From positions 186,001-250,000 of the IMG/VR virus record IMGVR_UViG_3300044213_000107: a DNA stretch of 64,000 nucleotides; one strand, given 5' to 3'. This document shows positions 56,730-64,000 of this stretch, piece by piece. Both the position numbers and the translations under genes were made by a program. The notes beneath the pieces were generated by a model. The model was not told the origin of the DNA, ran no database searches, and worked only from the letters and a program-made list of their open reading frames with translations. Numbering within the stretch: position 1 is the stretch's first letter; the number at the start of each line of letters is the position of its first letter.

Positions 56730-59700
56730 TTAAACTGGTACGTACTCTCTAAATAAGCGTACACTATTTGTTGCATTTACCGCAGTAAATTGTAATAATG
56801 TATTACCACCGCTTACTGTTGCAGTAACTACACCCAAGTTGCCTCCGGTTTGTACGATGCCATATGATGTAACATATGCAGATCCACCACCTTGTACAAC
56901 CAACACTTCTTGTGATTGATAGTTTCCACCGTTAGTAACCTGTACAATGTACTTGGCAGTACGATATGAAGTATTACTAAATGTGTCTAGTGTAGTAGCA
57001 GTACCAGCACTGGCTACGCTTACGTTGGCTTCTTGTGTTACTAAACCACCACTTGTTGGCATTGTAAAGCGTGCTGTTGCTGCACCAGAACCGCTATTAA
57101 ACTGTAGACCTGCTATATCATCTGGTGTAATATTTACATTACCAGTTGTACTTGCTAATCCACTAATAGTTGTAGTTGTAGTCAACATTCTAACGTCAAT
57201 GACATCACCGGCAGCAGGAGCTTCAGTAAATGTCAATGTTGTATTAGAAACGCTGTAAGCTAGTGTTGGGATTTGAACCACACCGTTAATACTTACAATA
57301 GTACCAGCAGTTGTTGCAGACTGGCTTAATGTAAATGTAGTTGTTGATCCGTCGCCGTTAAACTGCTGATCTGCAATAATTGTAAACGTTTGTGCGCTTG
57401 CTTGCCATATACTTCCTGTGTAAACTTCAAACTGGTTAGTTGTGCTGTTATAACGGAACATACCTTGTGTAGCAGTTCCATATCCACCTGAACCAGGACG
57501 TTGAGCAGTAGTACCAACTGGTAGTAAAATAGAATCAGTTGTATTGAATACTACTTTAGCACCAGGAACTAAAGTACTTGCGGTTGCACTGTTACCAAAA
57601 ATAACACTGTCGTAAGTACTGCTTGGTCTTGCCCAAACCAAAGTTTGGTCATTTACACCACGGATGATTGTATCAAAGTTAGCGTTATTAGTGTTGTTAA
57701 ACACTGCTCCGCCATTATGATATGTATTGCCACTTATACCAACTCCACCAATAACAACCAACGCACCAGTTGTAGCATTTGTGCTTGCGGTGCCTGCGGC
57801 TGCAACAATGTTACCATTGTGGATTGCAAAGCCTGTTGTTGTGATATTTGCAGTACTAGCAATATAACCACCGTTAATAACTGCATTAGCACTATAGAAG
57901 TTAGTTGCAGTCAAGTTAGTTACTGTACCAGTTGTGATCGTTGCATTTGTCAATGCACTGATATAACCACCACTGATTACAACGTTACCAGAACTGAAGT
58001 TTGTAGCAACTGCAGTTGTTAGGTTAGCACTTGTTGAACCAAATGTTGCGATATTACCTGTAGCAGCACTTAGACCACTTAGGTTAGTTGCAGTACCACC
58101 TGTGATAACTGCATTAGCTGTACTAAAGTTTGTTGCTTGTAGTGTTGTAACTGCAGCAGTTGTGATCGTTGCATTTGTCAATGCACTGATATAACCACCA
58201 CTGATTACTGCATTACCAGTACTGAAGTTTGTAACACTGCCGGTTGTGGCATATACATTGGCCAAACCACTTGCATAACCACCTGTAATCGCAGCATTTG
58301 CAGTACTAAAGTTAGTTGCCACTGCAGTTGTCAAGTTAGCACTTGTACTGTTCAATGAAGTAACATAACCAGTTGCTGCTGCAATATTAGTCAAGTTATT
58401 AATATAACCGCCAGTGATAACTGCATTACCAGAACTTAGATTTGTTGCTTGAGCAGTTGTAGCATATACATTAGCCAAACCACTTGCATAACCACCAGTT
58501 ACTGCAATGTTACCAGAACTGAAGTTAGTTGCTTGAGCAGTTGTTGCAGTTAGGTTTGTTAAGCCAGTTGCTGAACCACCAGTTACTGCAATGTTACCAG
58601 AACTGAAGTTAGTTGCTTGAGCAGTTGTTGCAGTTAGGTTTGTTAAGCCAGTTGCTGAACCACCAGTTACTGCAATGTTACCAGAACTGAAGTTAGTTGC
58701 TTGAGCAGTTGTTGCAGTTAGGTTTGTTAAGCCAGTTGCTGAACCACCTGTTATTTGTGCATTACCAGTACTGAAGTTGGTTGCTTGAGCAGTTGTAGCA
58801 TATACATTGGCCAAACCACTTGCATAACCACCTGTCACTGCAATATTACCAGAACTGAAGTTAGTAGCAACTGCAGTTGTTAGGTTAGCACTTGTAGATC
58901 CAAATGTTGCAATGTTACCAGTAGCAGCACTTAGACCACTTAGACCAGTAATTGAACCACCTGTTACATATGCATTACCTGTGCTGAAGTTAGTAGCAAC
59001 TGCAGTTGTTAGGTTAGCACTTGTTGAACCAAATGTTGCAATATTACCTGTTGCGGCACTCAATCCACTCAAGTTGGTAGCAGTACCGCCAGTAATTACT
59101 GCGTTAGCAGTTGATAGGTTTGTTGCTTGTATGGTTGTTACAGTTTCGTTGGTAATTGTTGCAGTTGTGATTGTTGCATTTGTTAACGCACTAATATAAC
59201 CACCACTGATAACAACGTTTGGTGAACTAAAGTTAGCTGCATACAATGTTGTTACATTACCAGTAGTACTATTCATTGAAGCAACATAACCAGTTGCTGC
59301 AGTAATATTTGCCAAGTTATTGATATAACCACCAGTTACTACTGCATTAGCAGTATTGATACTACCTGTGTAGAGAGTAGTAATATTACCAGCAGTTGCA
59401 CCAAATGTTGCAATATTACCTGTTGCCGCACTCAATCCACTCAAGTTGGTAGCAGTACCACCTGTGATAACTGCGTTAGCAGTTGATAGGTTTGTTGCTT
59501 GTAGTGTTGTAACTGCAGCAGTTGTGATCGTTGCATTTGTCAATGCGCTGATATAACCACCACTGATTACTGCATTACCGGTACTAAAGTTAGTTGCTTG
59601 AGCAGTTGTAGCATATACATTAGCCAAACCACTTGCATAACCACCTGTTACTGCAACATTTGGTGAGCTAAAGTTTGTTGCATATAATGTAGTAAATGTA

Positions 59701-62700
59701 CCAGTTGTGATCGTTGCATTTGTCAATGCGCTGATATAACCACCACTGATTACTGCATTACCGGTACTAAAGTTAGTTGCTTGAGCAGTTGTAGCATATA
59801 CATTAGCCAAACCACTTGCATAACCACCTGTAATTGCTGCGTTAGCAGTTGATAGGTTTGTTGCTTGTAGTGTTGTAACTGCAGCAGTTGTGATTGTTGC
59901 ATTTGTCAATGCACTGATATAACCACCACTGATTACTGCATTGGCAGTGTTAATACTACCAGCATACAATGTTGTGATGTTGCCATTTGTACTACCAAAT
60001 GTTGCAATGTTACCTGTAGCAGCACTCAATCCACTCAAGTTGGTAGCAGTTCCGCCTGTGATAACTGCATTACCAGTACTAAAGTTAGTTGCTTGTAATG
60101 TTGTTAAGCCATTAGCAGAACCACCAGTAATAACTGCATTAGCAGTACTAAATCCAGTGGTAGCAACTAGATATGTAAATGCACCGGTACTTGGACTTGT
60201 ATTACCAATTGGTGTGTTGTTTAAACTAGATACAGCGATACCGCCACCTAAAGTTAACGAACCACCAATAAACAAGTTACCGGAGATACTTTCGTCGCCC
60301 CAGATCTGCACCGCACCAGTGTTGGCACTTAGACCGCCGCCCAATACACGAGCATTAGCAACTGTTAATGAACCCATTTCAACAGGGTCATAGATTGCGT
60401 TTGTGTAGTTTGTTACACCTGCTGAGGGTTCTGGAACATTACTAAAGAATTTCCAAGTATTTGTAACATAATCACGTGTCAATCCAGTATGTTGATATGT
60501 TCCGCTAGAACCACCAACAAAGTGTGAATAGAAACCAACATCATAATTGTAGTTACTTGGGTTACTTGCATTCAAATATAACAATGGATCGTTAACAGAT
60601 TCAATTGTTGTTACTTGTGAAGTTAAGTTACCGTAAATGTTACCGCCAACCCATAGGTTGCCTAAAATACTTGCACCGCCAGTTAACTGTACTGCACCAG
60701 TGTTTAAACCAGTTGAGTCTGTGGCATTAGTAAATGTTGTTAAACCATTTGATGTTAGTGTTGTAAATGCGCCAGTTGCAGCAGTATTTGCACCAATTGG
60801 ATGGTTATCTGAATATCCGCCCGTAATACGTGCATTACCTGTGCTGAAGTTAGTTGCTTGAGCAGTTGTAGCATATACGTTGGCTAAACCACTTGCATAG
60901 CCACCAGTAATAGCAACGTTAGGCGAACTAAAGTTAGCTGCGTATAATGTTGTAAAGTTACCATTTGTAACTGTAGCAGTTGTGATCGTTGCATTTGTCA
61001 ATGCACTGATATAACCACCACTGATTACTGCATTACCGGTACTAAAGTTAGTTGCAACCGCAGTTGTCAAGTTAGCACTTGTAGATCCAAATGTTGCAAT
61101 GTTACCTGTAGCGGCACTTAGACCACTTAGGTTAGTTGCAGTACCACCTGTGATAACTGCATTGGCTGTACTGAAGTTAGTTGCTTGAGCAGTTGTTGCA
61201 GTTAGGTTTGTTAAGCCAGTTGCTGAACCACCAGTTACCTGTGCATTACCTGTACTGAAGTTAGTTGCTTGAGCAGTTGTTGCAGTTAGATTTGTTAAAC
61301 CAGTTGCTGAACCACCAGTTACCTGTGCATTGCCTGTACTGAAGTTTGTTGCTTGAGCAGTTGTTGCAGTTAGGTTTGTTAAACCAGTTGCTGAACCACC
61401 TGTTATTTGTGCATTACCAGAACTGAAGTTAGTTGCTTGTAGTGTTGTGACTGCAGCAGTTGTTACTGTAGCAGTTGTGATTGTTGCATTTGTCAATGCG
61501 CTGATGTAACCACCACTAATTACTGCATTGCCAGTACTGAAGTTAGTTGCTTGAGCAGTTGTTGCAGTTAGATTTGTTAAACTAGTTGCTGAACCACCTG
61601 TTATTTGTGCATTGCCTGTACTGAAGTTCGTTGCAACAGCGGTTGTCAAATTAGCACTTGTTGAACCAAATGTTGCAATATTACCTGTTGCAGCACTCAA
61701 GCCACTCAAGTTAGTAGCAGTACCACCTGTGATAACTGCGTTAGCAGTACCAAATCCTGTTGTTGCAACTAATGTACCAATGTTTCCGTTTGTACTGTTT
61801 AACTGAGCAAAAGTACCTACACCAGCAGCAACGTTGGCTAGATTATTAGCATAGCCGCCAGTTAAAACAACATTACCAGAACTTAAATTTGTTGCTTGAG
61901 CAGTTGTTGCAGTTAGGTTTGTTAAACCAGTTGCCGAACCACCAGTTACCTGTACATTACCAGAACTGAAGTTAGTAGCAACTGCAGTTGTCAAGTTGGC
62001 ACTTGTAGATCCAAATGTTGCAATGTTACCTGTAGCGGCACTCAAGCCACTCAAGCCAGTAATTGAACCACCTGTTACGTATGCATTACCAGTACTGAAG
62101 TTAGTTGCAACAGCGGTTGTCAAATTAGCACTTGTTGAACCAAATGTTGCAATGTTACCAGTTGCAGCACTTAGACCGCTTAGGTTAGTAGCAGTACCAC
62201 CTGTAATAACTGCATTAGCAGTACTGAAGTTTGTTGCTTGTAATGTTGTAACAGCACCAGTTGTGATTGTTGCATTTGTCAATGCGCTGATATAACCACC
62301 ACTAATTACTGCATTGCCAGTACTGAAGTTAGTTGCTTGAGCAGTTGTTGCAGTTAGATTTGTTAAACCAGTTGCTGAACCACCAGTTACCTGTGCATTG
62401 CCTGTACTGAAGTTTGTTGCTTGAGCAGTTGTTGCAGTTAGGTTTGTTAAACCAGTTGCTGAACCACCTGTTATTTGTGCATTACCAGAACTGAAGTTAG
62501 TTGCTTGAGCAGTTGTAGCATATACGTTAGCCAAACCACTTGCATAACCACCTGTAATTGCAGCATTTGCAGTACTGAAGTTTGTTGCTTGAGCAGTTGT
62601 TGCAGTTAGGTTTGTTAAACCAGTTGCTGAACCACCTGTTATTTGTGCATTACCAGTACTGAAGTTTGTTGCGACTGCAGTTGTCAAATTAGCACTTGTT

Positions 62701-63830
62701 GAACCAAATGTTGCAATGTTACCTGTAGCGGCACTTAGACCGCTTAAGCCAGTAGCAGTACCGCCAGTAATTACTGCGTTAGCTGTACTGAAGTTTGTTG
62801 CTTGTAGTGTTGTAACTGCAGCAGTTGTGATTGTTGCATTTGTCAATGCACTGATGTAACCACCACTGATAACCGCGTTAGCAGTATTCATACTACCTGC
62901 GTACAACGTTGTTACATTACCGGCAGTAGCACCAAATGTTGCGATATTACCAGTTGCAGCACTTAGACCGCTTAAGCCAGTAGCAGTACCGCCAGTAATT
63001 ACTGCATTAGCGGTATTCATACTACCTGCATATAATGTTGTTACATTACCTGCGGTTGCGCTAAATGTTGCAATGTTACCGGTTACGGCACTCAATCCAC
63101 TCAAGTTAGTTGCTGTACCACCTGTGATAACTGCGTTAGCAGTTGATAGGTTTGTGGCCTGAAGAGTTGTTATTGCACCAGTTGTGATCGTTGCATTTGT
63201 CAATGCACTGATATAACCACCGCTGATTACTGCATTGGCAGTATTTAAACTTGATGAGAACAATGGACCTGTAACATTAGCACCGCTGGAATTTAACTGA
63301 GTTATATATCCTGTTGCGGCTGCTAGTGTGGTGAAAGTACCTGCAGCGGGAGTAACATTACCAATAACGGTATTGTTAATTGCGCTTGCAGACACGGAAA
63401 CTGCGGTTAAATTACCAAGTTTTACGTTAGCAAATCCAGAGTTGTTAATACTTGTTACACCTGAGCCAGTGTCAGTAGTTACAACGGCTTCGAACGCTCC
63501 GTCGGCTTCTACCCACACCCACGCGGTGTTTACACTACCGTATCCACTAAGCGAACTTAGATTACGGTTTACTAAAATACCAATATCGTATCCTGTTAAC
63601 GATCCTGAATACCCGTTGTTAAAAACAACTAATGGGTCATTAACATATGTGTTTGTTGAACTTACTGTGCTGGATGAACCTGATACGCTAAGGTTACCAA
63701 CAATAGTAACGTTAGAATTTAACGTTAAATTTGGGTTAAATAATGCACCTGTCAACGTTCCGGATGCGATTTTCGCATACGTTATCGTTGCATCAGTGAT
63801 CTGATTATTTTTAATTCTTGTTACTGCCAC
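56730..63830 (-). CDS. giant repetitive tail fibre / adhesin-like virion protein (2366 aa)
   Basis: GTG start with AGGAG SD and TAAATA; dozens of TxATNFSTxNAxITGG modules. Confidence 0.85.
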   Translation of the reverse strand: MAVTRIKNNQITDATITYAKIASGTLTGALFNPNLTLNSNVTIVGNLSVSGSSSTVSSTNTYVNDPLVVFNNGYSGSLTGYDIGILVNRNLSSLSGYGSVNTAWVWVEADGAFEAVVTTDTGSGVTSINNSGFANVKLGNLTAVSVSASAINNTVIGNVTPAAGTFTTLAAATGYITQLNSSGANVTGPLFSSSLNTANAVISGGYISALTNATITTGAITTLQATNLSTANAVITGGTATNLSGLSAVTGNIATFSATAGNVTTLYAGSMNTANAVITGGTATGLSGLSAATGNIATFGATAGNVTTLYAGSMNTANAVISGGYISALTNATITTAAVTTLQATNFSTANAVITGGTATGLSGLSAATGNIATFGSTSANLTTAVATNFSTGNAQITGGSATGLTNLTATTAQATNFSTANAAITGGYASGLANVYATTAQATNFSSGNAQITGGSATGLTNLTATTAQATNFSTGNAQVTGGSATGLTNLTATTAQATNFSTGNAVISGGYISALTNATITTGAVTTLQATNFSTANAVITGGTATNLSGLSAATGNIATFGSTSANLTTAVATNFSTGNAYVTGGSITGLSGLSAATGNIATFGSTSANLTTAVATNFSSGNVQVTGGSATGLTNLTATTAQATNLSSGNVVLTGGYANNLANVAAGVGTFAQLNSTNGNIGTLVATTGFGTANAVITGGTATNLSGLSAATGNIATFGSTSANLTTAVATNFSTGNAQITGGSATSLTNLTATTAQATNFSTGNAVISGGYISALTNATITTATVTTAAVTTLQATNFSSGNAQITGGSATGLTNLTATTAQATNFSTGNAQVTGGSATGLTNLTATTAQATNFSTGNAQVTGGSATGLTNLTATTAQATNFSTANAVITGGTATNLSGLSAATGNIATFGSTSANLTTAVATNFSTGNAVISGGYISALTNATITTATVTNGNFTTLYAANFSSPNVAITGGYASGLANVYATTAQATNFSTGNARITGGYSDNHPIGANTAATGAFTTLTSNGLTTFTNATDSTGLNTGAVQLTGGASILGNLWVGGNIYGNLTSQVTTIESVNDPLLYLNASNPSNYNYDVGFYSHFVGGSSGTYQHTGLTRDYVTNTWKFFSNVPEPSAGVTNYTNAIYDPVEMGSLTVANARVLGGGLSANTGAVQIWGDESISGNLFIGGSLTLGGGIAVSSLNNTPIGNTSPSTGAFTYLVATTGFSTANAVITGGSANGLTTLQATNFSTGNAVITGGTATNLSGLSAATGNIATFGSTNGNITTLYAGSINTANAVISGGYISALTNATITTAAVTTLQATNLSTANAAITGGYASGLANVYATTAQATNFSTGNAVISGGYISALTNATITTGTFTTLYATNFSSPNVAVTGGYASGLANVYATTAQATNFSTGNAVISGGYISALTNATITTAAVTTLQATNLSTANAVITGGTATNLSGLSAATGNIATFGATAGNITTLYTGSINTANAVVTGGYINNLANITAATGYVASMNSTTGNVTTLYAANFSSPNVVISGGYISALTNATITTATITNETVTTIQATNLSTANAVITGGTATNLSGLSAATGNIATFGSTSANLTTAVATNFSTGNAYVTGGSITGLSGLSAATGNIATFGSTSANLTTAVATNFSSGNIAVTGGYASGLANVYATTAQATNFSTGNAQITGGSATGLTNLTATTAQATNFSSGNIAVTGGSATGLTNLTATTAQATNFSSGNIAVTGGSATGLTNLTATTAQATNFSSGNIAVTGGYASGLANVYATTAQATNLSSGNAVITGGYINNLTNIAAATGYVTSLNSTSANLTTAVATNFSTANAAITGGYASGLANVYATTGSVTNFSTGNAVISGGYISALTNATITTAAVTTLQATNFSTANAVITGGTATNLSGLSAATGNIATFGSTSANLTTAVATNFSSGNVVISGGYISALTNATITTGTVTNLTATNFYSANAVINGGYIASTANITTTGFAIHNGNIVAAAGTASTNATTGALVVIGGVGISGNTYHNGGAVFNNTNNANFDTIIRGVNDQTLVWARPSSTYDSVIFGNSATASTLVPGAKVVFNTTDSILLPVGTTAQRPGSGGYGTATQGMFRYNSTTNQFEVYTGSIWQASAQTFTIIADQQFNGDGSTTTFTLSQSATTAGTIVSINGVVQIPTLAYSVSNTTLTFTEAPAAGDVIDVRMLTTTTTISGLASTTGNVNITPDDIAGLQFNSGSGAATARFTMPTSGGLVTQEANVSVASAGTATTLDTFSNTSYRTAKYIVQVTNGGNYQSQEVLVVQGGGSAYVTSYGIVQTGGNLGVVTATVSGGNTLLQFTAVNATNSVRLFREYVPV
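58521..58740. repeat. near-identical 84-bp tandem repeat inside the fibre gene
   Basis: Unit GAAGTTAGTTGCTTGAGCAG...GTTACCAGAACT begins at 58521, 58605 and 58689 (28-aa module). Confidence 0.9.
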
Positions 63831-64000
63831 GGCTAAATCTCCTAAACTGCTATGTATTTAGTTTAAGAGTTTATTTCGGGCTTACTGGATATGATTTCTA
63901 AAGGATTTTGAATTACACAGCAAAGTATGTTTTTTGTATTCGCAATTGGTAATTGCTTACCGAACCTGTTGCTAAAAGATTAACTGTAGATCCGTTAACA

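Noticed and set aside
56947-63804. Many plus-strand ORFs (Val/Pro/Ala/Leu-rich) in the ORF track
   Set aside because: Antisense shadows of the repetitive fibre gene; the same applies to 37743-38108, 40240-40701 and 54566-54898.
56730-63830. Diversity-generating retroelement target
   Set aside because: No reverse transcriptase and no adenine-specific TR/VR pair; repeat differences are mostly synonymous.

Overview
This AT-rich 64-kb segment comes from a large T4-superfamily (jumbo-type) myovirus genome. The host is probably a Betaproteobacterium, inferred only from a Bug/TctC-family gene. The window has five parts. (1) 1-10.7 kb: accessory genes (split transketolase, dTDP-glucose dehydratase, radical SAM, 2OG-Fe(II) oxygenase-like proteins, metallophosphoesterase, P-loop kinase, TctC-like binding protein, PP-loop protein, RNA polymerase omega). 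(2) 9.7-20.1 kb: a minus-strand array of 27 tRNA genes covering all 20 amino acids, interrupted by two HNH cassettes, a B12 radical-SAM cassette, tRNA remnants and several structured non-coding RNAs. (3) 23-29 kb: recombination genes (uvsY, uvsX, gp32, a GIY-YIG endonuclease). (4) 30.5-33.6 kb: a fractured terminase gene with an atypically split intein around a free-standing endonuclease. (5) 34-64 kb: virion genes (gp4, tail tube, sheath, neck gp13/gp14, gp15, fibres including a 2366-aa repeat fibre). The best candidate for an undescribed system is a ribosome-coupled attenuator at the head of the tRNA region. It has a 41-codon leader containing all 20 amino acids, mutually exclusive antiterminator and terminator hairpins, and downstream rrn-like tandem promoters with GNRA hairpins and boxA. 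Also notable is an HNH cassette nested inside an ancestral tRNA gene that brings a complete replacement tRNA-Cys. All family assignments come from motif recognition by eye; no database searches were run.
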